Source of the DNA: Eledone cirrhosa
Taxonomy: Eukaryota
DNA: 64,000 nt
Assembly (NCBI GenBank): GCA_964016885.1
Contig: OZ024740.1
Location: 166,098,001-166,162,000 of the forward strand
Direction: 5' to 3'
Position 1 is the first letter of the stretch. The number at the start of each line of letters is the position of its first letter. The notes under the pieces were generated by a model. The model saw only the letters and a list, made by a program, of their open reading frames with translations, was not told the DNA's origin and ran no database searches. Positions 44,213 to 61,330 of the stretch are shown one piece after another. Made by a program: the position numbers and the translations under genes.

Positions 44213-47200
44213 AAGACCACATTTATATATATATATATATATATACATTCAAAATAGAAAGCGCACCGGATAAAGACAATGGAAAAAATAACGGACGGAC
44301 TGACAGACACACCTTCTCTGCTAACCTCTTGAAATCACAACGGTTTCGGTGATTAATGTATTTAAGTTGATATCATTTATTTCAGTGCACATTAGGACAT
44401 AATGAAACAGGTAGAGATAAGTTATGTCTTTAAGCAGATTACACAAATATAAAGTCCGCGAGGGTTTAGCCAAAGAAGTAAAAGATATAGAAAGGAAAGA
44501 AATATTAAAACAGAAGAGAATAAGGACTGTAGTCCAAGTGCTGAGAAACAAGAAAGACACCGAGGCATAGAAAATATATGAAGGGAGAATAGATGAAAAC
44601 AGGCTTGGGTGGTGTGATGTTTATTATGAGATATTTTTCAAAAAAAGCCCGAATATAAATTCTAGTGGGTGTGTGTGTGTGTAAATATATATATTTATAT
44701 ATATTCTTTTTTTACTCCTTTTGGAATTTGTTCTTTTGCAATTTCACTGTCAGGTGTCAATCAACATGACATAGAGCTAGCCAATAGCGGTATAGTCACT
44801 GCATATATAACACATACAACAATCTACACTCCCTTTCCAATGTGAAGTTTATTTAAGCTTTATTATCACCATCAGCATTACTTTATCACCAACCACTTGC
44901 AGCTGCTGCTACTAATACTGCTGCTGCTACTACTACTACTACTGCTGCAATACTCAATAATGAATTTCTAAATGTTTACCTGGAGGCATAGTTTTATTGT
45001 AGTTTTTCCGTTCTATTATTAGCCGACAAAATAGTCTGTATGTCAATTCCTTTCATACCAATTTGTCTGTATATAAATTAATTTAATAAAACGTTATTCT
45101 ACTTTACGTTAATTTCTCATAACTTCTCTAATTCGTATCTTCTTAATATTGATTTCTTGCTTTAAACGTTAACCCACGTACACATATATGTAATTGTGGG
45201 ATGTTCATCATTTTCTCAATGTGTTTGTTAGTATCATTTGACTTCGTACCAGCTCTTATGTGATGTGCTTATTATTCACGATGTTCCAGTCATGAGTAAT
45301 GATTAAATGTTTATATTTTACGACTACATTATTAAACATGTCCTTCCCTGATTAGAACAATGTGAGGGGAATTTAACTAAGATGTTTAACAGCTTGAGTG
45401 AGAAACTATAAGCTTTCTCGCTGTAAAAAAGGTACACATTATATATATAAATTATACGAAGTATCTTTTATTATATGAATATCGCACAATTTCGTTTCAT
45501 CTGGAGTTTACCTATTTGCTTAGAATTACCGTTCTAGTCTGCTACCAATTGGTGGAATCACTTTGAGCAACTTACACACAACCTTATGTTATTTATTTTT
45601 GCCCTTTTACGAACTACATTTAGTTCCTTCTGGGGTTAGGTTTGAATTTCATGTTTCTGGATTTCGATAAAATAATTACCAGTCACGTCCTGAGATGCAA
45701 TTGATAATATATATAGCAACACTAAAATATGCTGAATATTTTGCGCCTATATTAGACATCGAGAGACGAAAATTTAACATGCATTTATAGCGAAGACCTT
45801 ATGAATGATTAAACAACATTCAGAAAAGTACATAACTAAAACCCCAGGACTTACATGTATGCATAACCAACAGGAAATAACACTAATAGGCTGTACATAC
45901 ATTACATCGTGTACATTTGTTATAATAATAATAAAAAAAAAAAAAAAAATATATATACAAATCTAATCAAAATTCTGGATATAGTGAACGAATGCAGAGC
46001 TTTATTTAGTAATGCAGCGAAAATAATACATATAAAACTACCGTTAAAGAAAAACAACAACAGCAACAATAATAATGATATTGCTTTTGTTGTTGTCATA
46101 GATATTGTTTATATGCATTCGTGTTGAAAAAAAAAGATATCTATCAAATCGTTAATGCTAGTAATATGTAGGACAAAATAAAGTAGACAATGTATTTATT
46201 AAACCTTAATTGGTCATGCACTGTTAAAACATGTTAACTTACCTTCCACCTCCAGTCCAATAAATATATAAAATAAATTATCGTTATATATTTCGAAAAA
46301 GGAAATGTCTACTCCTTTATGTGGAGAAGTGCCAAATCGCAGCTAGAGAAAAAAGAAAGATAGACTGTTATCACTATTAGGTAGGATGTACATTAATATC
46401 GCCATTGCATTTCCTCTTCAGGCCATAACTAATGATCCCATAACTTCTATTCAGATACTTACAAAAGGAAATTTCCCTTTCACACAAGCAGCAACTGCTA
46501 CTTTAACAATTCAGCAAATATTTGTATGAATAAGAAAAGTTAAACTGCAACTTTATGAACAAGTGCTAAATTGAAGAGAATTATTTATAAATGAATGAGT
46601 TTATATGAATGTGTGTTGGAATGTATGAATATGTTAAAGAATTGTGTGTGTGCCTAGATGTATATACTGATGTGTGTGTGTGTACGCATCTATCGTCTAC
46701 GCGTGTATTTGTGTGGCCCCTACTATCTCTATACAAGCTATTATTTGCTGTAATGCTATTGTAGGATTCCTGTGGTCTGACTTTAGAATTCCTGATGTTT
46801 CTCCATCAACCTTAACTTTGTTGACTCATGTTTCCTGTTGCCACAAAACTTATTTCCAAATACATTTGGAGTTTATAGAGTATATTGTGTATTTGTTCTT
46901 CCTTTCAATCCAGAACCATCAACTAGCATTTTCTAAGTGAAACCTACTCTCACCCTTTTTTCCATTATTTCAACTTTTATTCTTCCAAAAGATACTGGGA
47001 AACATAACTACAGTACATTTTAACATCAGCGTTGGATAATAATCAACATACTATATCTAAAATGTCTAACGTCACATATAAAAAGTCTCACTCGAGGTTT
47101 TGAAAAATATTATTAGTAATATTTTTTTCGAAATGCCAAACGGCAATGAGTGATTATCAGCATCACTATTTTTTATTCATACACAGCCAACACTACCCGT

Positions 47201-48397
47201 GCCCTGAATCTTTATATATCGTTCATATTATATTATATCTTTCAATATATCTGTCTCAATGGACAGCAGCTTTAATCAAGCTGGGCTGAGTTTTCCGGAA
47301 CTACTCAAGCACACCAACAAAATCTATCTAAAGTAACAAAAAATATTTATGAATCATATCCGAATCGTAGTTGGATATTGAATTTCTTCATGATACATTT
47401 TTCGAAAGGCTTTATCAAATTCTAATATAGTTATCTTCCTTCCTGGTAATTTTTCAAACTAATTAGATTTCTTTATGAGGACTTTGTTCTATACGTCATA
47501 TATCTAAATAAGTCTGAGACTTAATTGTTCCCCTGAACATATGCAAATATGTTTGAGAGTCAATTTCATAAGTACTTTTTAATTCTTATGAGAACTGTAG
47601 AATATTTTATCTGAGATTATGTCTTTAAATATCTTTACACTATAGAGTAGTGAAAACTTTCAATTGTTTTTTTAATATATTTATTTGTGAACAGCTAGAC
47701 ATATTGCTGACAGATTTAATCAAAATAACGTATTAAAAGGAAAATAAATGCGTTGATCATTTGTGTAGCTGGGATTATTTAAGTGTAATTTGCTCTCATA
47801 ATTCTATAGAATCACAATCTCTATCATTTTAATATGTTGCTAACTTTATATGAAGACTCACTATAGGCTACTTGGTAGGAACTATCATGACAGCGTAATT
47901 GAATTCATCAATTTAATGCATTACCTGTTATATGTGACTCAATTTCTGTAATGTATCATTGACATGGCTAAGTTTAATGAACCAATCTTCGTTCTATGTA
48001 TTATCTTCAACAATATGGCAGGTATTTTACCCTCAGCTTATGTAATCTGATATCATTACATGATTTTCCTGATAATTCCAGCACACCTAACATAATTGCA
48101 CGCAATGACGAAAATCCTCAAGATTCTAAACAGTTTCGTTACTTAAAGAATTACAATACACAAAGTAATCAAGAAAGAAGTGCTCATTAAAACTATAACT
48201 ATTAATGTGTGGCTGGAAAATTAAGAATGTTTTGCATTCTTAAAATGTTGATATTGATACATTTATTATGAATTTTATAAAATAACTCTGTAAATTATGA
48301 ATTTGATATTCGTTTCATTGTCATTGGTAGTATATTTGTATTCTAAGTGGAAATTGTATATGAAATTGAAAAAGAAAATAATCTTTGTTTATTGCAG

Positions 48398-48630
48398 GAA
48401 AAGGTTTATATGGTGATGTCTTTCTAGCCCAGGCTCGCAACATTCGAGAGTCTGAAAGTGAAAGTTTGGTTGTCGTCAAATCGCTGCTAAATAAGGACGA
48501 ACAGCTGTTTTTTGAGTTTAAGCACGAAATGGATATGTTTTCACGCCTGGAACATCCAAATATTACCAAGCTTCTTGGTGTCTGCCGCGAAGCAGAACCA
48601 AACTTCATGATTACAGAATATTGTGACTGG
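48398..48630 (+). CDS. PTK7: PTK7-like exon, kinase N-lobe
   Basis: ttgcag|GA acceptor; GKGLYGDVFLA...VVVKSL...EMDMFSRLEHPNITKLLGVCREAEPNFMITEYCDW; donor TGG|gtgggt. Confidence 0.95.
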
Positions 48631-49123
48631 GTGGGTAGACATTTATGCATTTATTCAGTTTGGTTTCAATTTCTATGTTATATAAAGTTATCCTACTTAT
48701 TACAAGTACATTTTGCACGTAAATAGATGTCTATATTGTAGTTGTTATTCTAATTAATATAACATTGAGACTTCTCTTCTGAGAAAACTGCCTTTGAATG
48801 TGGGCAGGAATTATTTACAAAATTGCTTTAAAAGAATAGTAAATCTATTAACAGAATTTCAACTAAACTTCAGAAAAGTGTAGCATTACAAATTCGTGTT
48901 ATAACACTTTCAAGTAGCAAAGCTCTCATGTTCGTATTAATTTCGATATTGAAATATATCAAGCCACGCAAAATGATGCATTAAATTAGCTTGTAAATAA
49001 ATATTCTACCGAAAATGATTAAGACTTTATTTATAAATGTACAAAAACTGGGTAACATAAATTTTATATGCATGATTATACATACTTACGCATGAACACA
49101 CACACATACTCACACACACACAT

Positions 49124-49155
<32 letters not shown>

Positions 49156-49725
49156 TTTTTTTCCTCCTCAATCCTATATCTTTCTCTCTCTCACTCTCTA
49201 TATATATACACACACATACACATATACATATATATATATGCAGAATTTAAATGAGGCTATATGAAAACGCACTGTCTGTGAAATGGACATAAAGGTTTCT
49301 TCGCAATCCTGAAGCTATGGTTTCGATCTCGAGCAAGTGTATTTTATTTAGCCTCAAAATCTTCGAGTATAATTAAAGAGATGGAAATAGTTTTGAAGCA
49401 TTATCTATGGATTGTACCTGTAATTCAAAAGGCCAGACAGGTTATAGACTTTAGCGCTAGCTTTTCCAGGGATTCATCAGGATACGTGAAATGTACACAC
49501 GTTTGGGAAATAATTAACATCTTATATGCTAATTTAATGAGTAAGCCATTCCAATGAATGAATAACTGAAACATACATCACACAAAGCAAAAATATACCA
49601 TTTGTACCAGGATAATTATTTTCGTGATCAATTAATTCATTATGGATTCTGTAGATGTGAATCATTTATAAATGTAATGAACCTGTAACTATTCTAATTT
49701 TTTATTATTTTTCTTCTCTTGGCAG

Positions 49726-50304
49726 GGAGATTTGAAACAGTTCCTTCTTGCTACAAGAAACGACAATGGAAAACGCGTGGCCCGTGCACCACCATTGACA
49801 ATTGCACAGAAGCTGAATCTATGCCGACATGTGTCGCTGGGAATGGAACACTTGGCTAACAACCGATTCATTCATAAAGACTTAGCCTCAAGGAATGTGC
49901 TGCTAACGAACAGATTAGATGTGAAAATATCTCTGTTGTCGTTGTGTCGCGATGTTTACGCCCAGGAATATTACCCTCATTTTCAGTGTCTCATTCCATT
50001 GCGTTGGATGCCTCCCGAGGCAGTTTTAGAGGATGAGTTCTCAACTAAAAGTGACGTATGGTCCTTCGGAGTTTTTATGTGGGAAGTGTTTCACCTGGGA
50101 GAGTTGCCTCATAAGTCAAAAACTAATGAGGAATTACTCAAGTGCATCAAAGTTGAGGAGATCTCTCTAGATATTTGTGACCAATGTTTGCCAGGAGTAG
50201 CCGAATTGATCAGGAAGTGTACACAACTTAACGCTAAAGACAGACCCCAGTTCAACGAAATAGGTGTTGCCCTTGGAGAGCTTAATACAGAAAACAATGT
50301 TTGA
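49726..50304 (+). CDS. PTK7: PTK7-like terminal coding exon, pseudokinase C-lobe
   Basis: ggcag|GGA acceptor; GDLKQFL...HKDLASRN...VKISLLSLCRDVYAQEYY...IPLRWMPPE...KSDVWSFGV, ending in TGA. HKD plus loss of DFG is characteristic of the PTK7/CCK4/Otk family. Confidence 0.96.
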   Translation, partial: GDLKQFLLATRNDNGKRVARAPPLTIAQKLNLCRHVSLGMEHLANNRFIHKDLASRNVLLTNRLDVKISLLSLCRDVYAQEYYPHFQCLIPLRWMPPEAVLEDEFSTKSDVWSFGVFMWEVFHLGELPHKSKTNEELLKCIKVEEISLDICDQCLPGVAELIRKCTQLNAKDRPQFNEIGVALGELNTENNV

Positions 50305-51290
50305 AAGGCGAGGAAGATTTTACCTAAAAAATATTAAACGTAAAGATCCGATAACATTTAAACTAGTTAATAAATATAAGCAATTTCATATTCAAAATGA
50401 AATACATGGAAAAGCCCAGGATTAAACAAAACAAAAAAAATATAAACTTCTTCATTTGTGGCGCTAATAAAAGACAACAAAAGAAAAAATGGACATATTT
50501 TTAATTTTTTTAAAATATATTTGTGTCATGTAAGATACTCGAGATGATCGAGTGTACCATATTGTTTTACTTAGAAACATTGAATACAAGAAACCATTGA
50601 GAGAATACTGTTGAACTGCTCATAAGAGGTTTTTTATAGCCCAAACTTTATAAAAACAATGTCTGTGAAATAACATAAAAATATAAACAAAACAATCGCA
50701 ACAAAACAACAAAGAAGGAAAAAAACAAAGACAATACCATTTTAAATTAAAAATATTCATAAATGAAAACATTAAATATTTCAACGATATTTTTTTTTTA
50801 TATATTTAAGGGTAGATCAAGTTCATAAATAATGTTTATGGAAGAGATCATTGTGTGGATAATATTTGATAAGATATAACAAGACAAAAAGTGTTGATAT
50901 CAATTTAATAATAATGATAATGATGATAATGATGATGATGATGATAATAATTTATTTATTGGCCACGAGGGCCAATCATAATAATAAAAATAATAATATT
51001 AAAAATAATAATAATAATAATAATAACAATAACAGCATTGATGAAGAAAATTACAATAGTGATAATGTCGATAATGATGCACCAGACCATATTTGCAAAT
51101 ATATACACACAATCTATTTTTTATTATATGGAAATGTTCATGAGAAACAGCTACGGTTGCTGAAATATATGGCATAAAGTAATTTAATTAAACAATGTCA
51201 GAACAGTAACGGCAGCAGCTCTGACAACAACATCAACAAATATACAACAAAACAGAATAAAATGTATTCTGGTGATAATAAATATTGCTA
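50305..51290 (+). promoter_or_regulatory. Probable 3' UTR with candidate AATAAA polyadenylation signals
   Basis: AT-rich sequence after the stop codon, with AATAAA near 50369, 50466, 50983, 51256 and 51277. The true transcript end cannot be read from sequence. Confidence 0.35.
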
Positions 51291-51339
51291 CTTGATGTCA
51301 TTCACAAAACCAGACTAAAAACTTAATACTAAATATAAG

Positions 51340-51393
<54 letters not shown>

Positions 51394-52439
51394 GTGCACA
51401 CACATACTCACAATACATATACATATGTATATATGTATTCCATGCATATACTCAAGTATAAGTTGAATTATATAAACTATTTCCTGGCGTTCAATTCATG
51501 ATGAGGACTATTACACGGATACTAATTCAATAAGCAGATGTTCAAATATGCGCTACTCTGAATGAATTAAAAATATATAACAGTATATTACAGTAGTAAT
51601 TTCGATGTTTCTATCCAACAGAATAAAATTCCTTCTATCAAAATATATAGAGTAAACAGCATAGCTCGTATAAATATTTTCAATTGCTCTTCCACACCAT
51701 TATGCTTAATAAATTAATTAGATAATATTTTGAAGTATATTATCGTTACATATGTACATGACCGTTACATGTTCGGCACGTTTCCAAAACCGTGAACATG
51801 AACGGCCCTTGTTCAGCATATTTCCATCACAAATCTTCAACCACACCATTTTAAGATTCGTGGTTAAAGTTATCCTCAGCAGAGGAGTGTTGCGGTAAAA
51901 TATAACAGTGCAATATTTTTCGTTCTAATTTATTCAATGCAGTTTGAAGCTTAAACTAATATTTTAAGCTATTGATACTTTTTCTGATGAAGTAATTATC
52001 AGACAATTGACTGTCATACAGTCACACAGATCACATTAGCTGGGAAAGAGAAAGGGAGAGAGAAATCATCAAGCAGCTATATTTCCAGTTGAATACTGCA
52101 TGAAGGCAGGAAGGGTTAGATATGATTTTATGTCGATGCTGAAGAGGAAAGCGTTACTGAATTGTAGGAGATCAGTAGTATTTTATATAATTATCGTAAG
52201 GACCAAATCAGATATATGGTAATTATAGAGAACGCCGGCAAAAACATATTGCCTAATTAATAATGTGAAACAATTTCGGTCAAAAGACGAAGCAGAAATC
52301 TAATACATACCAGCACCATAATTAGAGCATATGATTATGTAGCTAAGGCAAGTCAACATTAAGTATAGCAACTGCATTTATAATGACAATGTGTCATTTG
52401 TTTAATGATATTTCCGTTAAATACAGAGAATGACAAATG

Positions 52440-52860
52440 GCTTCATATTATAAGTACACTTGGACATGATAATGTCAACAATTTAACTCCCTCATCGAGA
52501 CGTTTATGTATGAAACAGATAATCACAAGTGACCGAAATAGAGTTCCTCCGAAGGGTCTTTGGAGGAACGTTACTCGATCGAGTGCGTAGGTCGGCTATC
52601 ACAGAGCCGCTCCAGTTGGAGCAGAATAGAGAGATCAGAGCTCCGATATTACGTACATGCAGTTATAATGGCTAAGGAAAGAACCGCCAAGAAACCCAGG
52701 GGTAGAGCACGAGTAAAATGGTTTGATAACATCCATCAGCTCGGTTAGCTCCACTTGGGGATCTAGCAGGATCAATTAGAGACAGTTGCTTCCGGCAGGA
52801 CCCACTGGAAGGTGTGCTTGAAGACTATATCCCATACACATTCCCAGTAATAATGAACAA
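52440..52860 (+). mobile_element. RTE-clade LINE 3' remnant
   Basis: KKPRGRARVKWFDNI resembles the RTE C-terminal GKRPRGRP..RW.D motif. Confidence 0.55.
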
Positions 52861-53154
52861 AGAAAAAGAAGTGACGTTTATGTTTAGAATACTATTTTGA
52901 TTCACAATTGTTCTTAATTTGTCTGCGAAGAAGTAGGAACAACAATTACATGAAATATGTGAAAAATCAAAAGGTGTGGTAGAAGATTTGAAGGACGATG
53001 TTTATTCGAGAATATCCGGTGTATACATACATACATACAGACAGACACACTCACACACACACACACACACACATACACATACACACACACATACACACAT
53101 ATATATATAGGTAGATAGATAGATAGATATAACTATTTATGCCGTGAAACACTA

Positions 53155-53185
<31 letters not shown>

Positions 53186-53477
53186 CATAGTGTTCTTATC
53201 TATAAAGGTGACTGAAGCAATGTTTGTATTGTTTGCTATGTTTAGTATATAAGTGCAAGGTATGTAAAAGACGGATCAAATTGCAATGCTCCATTATTCA
53301 TATTTACAGATCAAACTTGTTGCACATACATTTTACCCGTCCAAAAGAATATTAATATGAAACTTCTGGCAAGAGATATGAATCTTTGTACAATAACAAA
53401 CGATTATGCTTTTACTGGTATGAATCAATGGGTGGCACGATGATTAATAGGTGCATTGTTCATGTATGCATGCATAC

Positions 53478-56105
<2,628 letters not shown>

Positions 56106-56482
56106 TGTAGATACATGTTTCTGTATGAGTGAGTGAGTGGGCTGTTTTATGCACTAACATACAGCTTTATAGAAATATATAGCAGAGTAGACACTATATG
56201 AAAATAATTTAAATTTGACCGCAGTTGAGAAGGGGCAGCGTCTGATAGTTAGAAGGAAGGAGAAAGAGTTATAGATGGGTGGGGTGAGAGGGGGTAATAA
56301 TGTATTAAATGAATGTGTGTCAAAGTCAGAGGGTACAATTGCACAATAAAAAATGTTTTTAATGGATTCATACCACCTTCGAAAATCTGACAGTTTAAAA
56401 AAATATTAAATTATTTTTCTCTGCTTTCTACTCTAAGTATTAGGAAAAGTAAGAATTGTATTTTAAGACATATTTATCTGAA

Positions 56483-56553
56483 CATATGTATATATGTATG
56501 TGCATAAGATTATATATGTATATATATATACATATATATATATATTATATATA

Positions 56554-56650
<97 letters not shown>

Positions 56651-56908
56651 ATATATTATATATATATTATATATATATGTTATATATATATATGTTATAT
56701 ATATATATATTATATATATATGTTATATATATATATATTATATATATATGTTATATATATATATATTATATATATATATTATATATATATATATTATATA
56801 TATTTATATATATATATATATATTATATATATTTATATATATATATATATATTATATATATTATTTATATATATATATATATTATATATATTATTTATAT
56901 ATATATTA

Positions 56909-56957
<49 letters not shown>

Positions 56958-57570
56958 ATTATATATATATATTATATATATATATTATATATATATATTA
57001 TATATATATATTATATATATATATATATATTTTATATATATATTATATATATATTATATATATATATTATATATATATTATATATATATTATATATATAT
57101 ATTATATATATACACATTATATATATATATATTATATATATATAATATATATATATTATATATATATATTATATATATATAATATATATATATTATATAT
57201 ATATATTATATATATATAATATATATATATTATATATATATATTATATATATATTATATATATATATTATATATATACACATTATATATATATATATTAT
57301 ATATATATAATATATATATATTATATATATATATTATATATATATATTATATATATATTATATATATATATTATATATATATATATATATTATATATATA
57401 TATATATATTATATATATATATATATTTGTATATATTATATATATATATTATATATGTATATATTATATATATATATTATATATATATGTATATATTATA
57501 TATATATATTATATATATATGTATATATTATATATATATATTATATATATATGTATATATTATATATATA

Positions 57571-57613
<43 letters not shown>

Positions 57614-57855
57614 ATATATACTATTTATATATATATATTATATATATATATATATTATATATATATATATTATATATATATATATATTATATATATATAT
57701 ATATATTATATATATATATATATTATATATATATTTAGATTATATAATATATATTATATATATATATATTATATATATAGATTATATAATATATATTATA
57801 TATATATATATATATATTTGTATATATGTATGTATGTATGTGTGTATATATATAC
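56483..57855. repeat. About 1.4-kb T(AT)n phase-slipping array
   Basis: (AT)n runs punctuated by TT. Confidence 0.96.
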
Positions 57856-57856
57856 T

Positions 57857-57934
57857 GTTCAGCGCATCGGTAGTGGTTCTCCTCCATGGATATAAAGTAG
57901 TGGCCGTACTCGAGAACGAGTTGGCAGCCACCAT
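57857..57934 (+). mobile_element. 3'-terminal 78 bp of the short RTE-derived element
   Basis: gttcagcg.atcggtag...gagttggcagccaccat matches 60331-60407. Confidence 0.85.
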
Positions 57935-58041
57935 ATATATACACACAATATGTACTATATATTATATATTATGTTTAAATTTACATGAGAATGTTATTAG
58001 GATCGTACACATACAAACACAATTCTAGACACAAGTTCAGA

Positions 58042-58094
<53 letters not shown>

Positions 58095-59807
58095 CCATGT
58101 TTGTACATGTTTTAGTTATATGTGTTTTTATGTGTATATGTATACAGTACATTTCAATTTGGAATATACCATATACCGTTTAGTATTGTCCCATTATGAT
58201 GGAATACCTGCTTGATTTTTTTTCATCCATATAAAGGATCTTCATTAATCTATAATAAAAGACAATCCGGAATTAGTATTTTTATGAATGCACTTAATAT
58301 TCATTCATTAACATTTATCAATTCATCATCTCTTTCTGATACTTACATCATTATCTTTATTATATTACTGTTTTGGTTTTACCTTTTAAAAAATCATTCT
58401 TCTACGTAGTGTCATCATTCTTATCATGAATATATTTCCTTTTAATTGGATACAAAATGCACATTTGCCAAAACAATATAGCTACAAGATAAAAAGCCTT
58501 AGAATATTTAATTACCTTACTCTGGGTGCAAATGTAAACTCCTATATAGGGTGTTTGTCCTTTCATCCCATCTATATTGATACAATTAACGAACAGGCAT
58601 TACAGTGGGCCCTATTTGATCAACTGCACCTTTCCCCAAATATTCAGGCATTGTGCCAAAGCTAGACATCATCTTAGTCATTGCCTTATAGCGGTGGTTT
58701 TACAAAGTCGGTGGCATACTGAATTATGCCTTCAAATATATACTTCATCCATTTACGATTCAAATCCCACTACATCAACCTAAATTGTTATCCCAATGGG
58801 CCTGATAGAATAAGTACCAGGTATAAACTGGGTATACACCATTACATATGCCCTATACCTCTACGAATTTTTGAGTAATGCCAATGAAAATAATCGTTAT
58901 TAACCATCAATAATTTCGCCTCGAGAAAGGAATGAACTTCACAGCTAGCCATTTACCCTCCTTAAATATATGTGGCGTTGGTGCCTCCTGAAATGAAACC
59001 ATTATTAAATATTATTAATGATGATGTTATTTTTTTTTTTATATTAATAATTGCTAACTGAAATTAGTACTGCAATTCAAAATTCGTAATGATGAAAAAT
59101 TATGTTCGTCTCGTTCTCCTTAATTAATAAAGGAGCAATATAATATATAACATTTCAGAAGAACTACAAAACAATTATATTTGGGAGGCCATTTTTCCAC
59201 AAATCTTGCCGCATTCACGTTTCAATATTAATTCCTGTAATTTTCCTTTTGTCTAAATTAACATCATTCATCAGTTGCTTCATTTTCAATCATCATTGTA
59301 TAAATAATATATTGATTTGTTTGCTTGTTTGTTTTGACATGATAATGTAGCATCCGAAGAAAGAAAACAACACAAAAACCAAAAGTTTACAAAGGACAAC
59401 TACAACAAAGAAAACACGAACGATTTTTGTGTGGGGGGTATGTTAAGAAATTACGTAATTAAAACAAAACAAAAACAAAAAAATAATTTTTTCTGAGTAA
59501 AGAGTTGAGTATTTGTGAATATTTTGAAAAAAATTATTTATATAACATATTATTTCCTTTACTATGATGCATGCAATTATTTCTCTGTATTTTATTATTC
59601 ATTTTTGAATTTTTATTTCCATGATATGCATATATGGTTGTGTGGGTGTTTGTTTTATTTTGATAGTTTTGAAGTGTTCGGCTGATTTTGTAAATAACTT
59701 TCACGTATTACACATTTATAATAAATGTAGTGTAATCTAATGTATGTATGTAGGTATGAATTTATATGTATGTAAGTATGTATGTATGTATGTATATGTA
59801 TGTATGT

Positions 59808-60407
59808 CACCAGTTGGTGCTACTGGTAACATGTATCCCAGGACAACCTGTCCATGGTCGGGTCGTTGGCGACTAAACTGGCAACCTCACCAAGGTTTCT
59901 TGGTGAGGAGGGTGACTTTGGACATCCTGCAGGTCTAAAAACAAAACCTGTCAAAGGGCAAAGGAGCTCTTAAGAGTCAATGGCCATCCAAAATCAACGG
60001 GAGAGATGACCCCTTAGCCTTTGTCAAGGCAGAATTCTGGGAGAAGGAAAACTCTGATATAACACCTGCAACCCTGATGGTATCCAATGATGTTGACTTG
60101 TTCTTCTTTTTGGTAAATATCATCTTGGTTAAGAGAGTGGGACTGGCTTTGTGCAGTGCCTTTGCTCACTATAAAAGCTTCACGGCACAGGCATTGCTTT
60201 ATATCTGGAGATCTCTCTGTACCTGTCATCACATGGTACCATGGGCCCAGCACTGTGTCAATAATTGTCACAAGTGTAGTGTTTGTACCAGAGTTTTCAA
60301 GTCGCTGGCTGGACTAAAAAGTCACACTCGTTCAGCGTATCGGTAGGGGTTCTCCTACATGGATATAAAGTAGTGGCCGTACTTGAAAACGAGTTGGCAG
60401 CCACCAT
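59808..60407 (+). mobile_element. About 600-bp non-autonomous RTE-derived element, longest copy, within (TATG)n
   Basis: Hairpin-rich 5' part; the 3' part encodes CSVCTRVFKSLAGLKSH, like the C-terminal zinc-finger motif of RTE/BovB ORFs. Near-identical to 62035-62441 over the shared span. Confidence 0.75.
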
Positions 60408-60451
60408 GTATGTATGTATGTATGTATGTATGTATGTATGCATGTATGTGT

Positions 60452-61330
60452 GTTCTTCTTCATTACTTTATATATTTTTACCAATAGAGTGAGAGACGGT
60501 ACCTAACATAGACCCAAGACTCTTTCATTGGGATTCAGACAACATTAACTAGGTAAATATGCATGCGTGTCTGCATGTGGTGTGTGTGTGTGTATGTGTC
60601 TGTGTGCGTGCGTGCGTGCGCGCGCTCACGTCTGTGTGCAGGTATGGATGTTATTGTATGTGTGGTTCTGTATGCTTTCAGTTATACGCGTACACATGCA
60701 TATATTCTGTATTATACATATATACAGTATATTATCTATACATTTATACTGTATAAGATGTTATTTCATGAAGAATTTTTGGATGTTTTGGAAGTTTTAC
60801 ATGTTTTTCCAGTTCCATTAATGGATTGTACTTGCAACTTCCTAACTAGTTATGTCCTTTCTGTTTCTGTGAAGCCCAGCTTCTCATAAGTAGATAGTAC
60901 CGTGAGTATATCTTTGGACAGAGGCTTATGACATGGGTGACATCGTCGATGTAAATTTTGCATTTGTTGTCAAAACTAGGTGTTTTACTTCCATACATAT
61001 CTCTTTTGTGTATCAGGAATGTTGTATTGATTTCCTCTTCTCTGATTACAAAAGTATATCCTTAAAAGAGAGAGCCAATATAGACGTTGCTGCCTATTTA
61101 TATTATTCACACTCTGGAGCCTCCTGCCAACATATCGATGCATGATTTTCTCATGTAGACAGACTTGATCAATAGATGGGCTCCCACGCTTAGAGCTTCG
61201 TAGATGTTTTCGGAGGGATATGATGCAACTCTCTGGTGGTATGTATGTGAGGATGTATCTTTTTTTTTCACCTGGGAGTGAAAGGCCCCCAGTTGTTTTC
61301 ACAAACGCCTTTCTAGGAGAGGGAAACTCT
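60452..61330 (-). mobile_element. Second R4/Dong-type 3' fragment with an internal deletion
   Basis: 3' UTR collinear with 2181-2515; minus-strand IREEEINT and DNKCKIYIDDVTHVISLCPKIYSRYYL (CCHC region). Confidence 0.78.

Noticed and set aside
49732-50304. Active receptor tyrosine kinase (FGFR, Ror or Trk type)
   Set aside because: It has no DFG and has HKD instead of HRD; the Ig-only visible ectodomain and transmembrane sequence fit PTK7.
60077-60346. Small C2H2 zinc-finger gene (duplicated at 62111-62380)
   Set aside because: It lies inside a repeated retroelement derivative, and the motif is a single incomplete finger typical of an RTE C-terminus.
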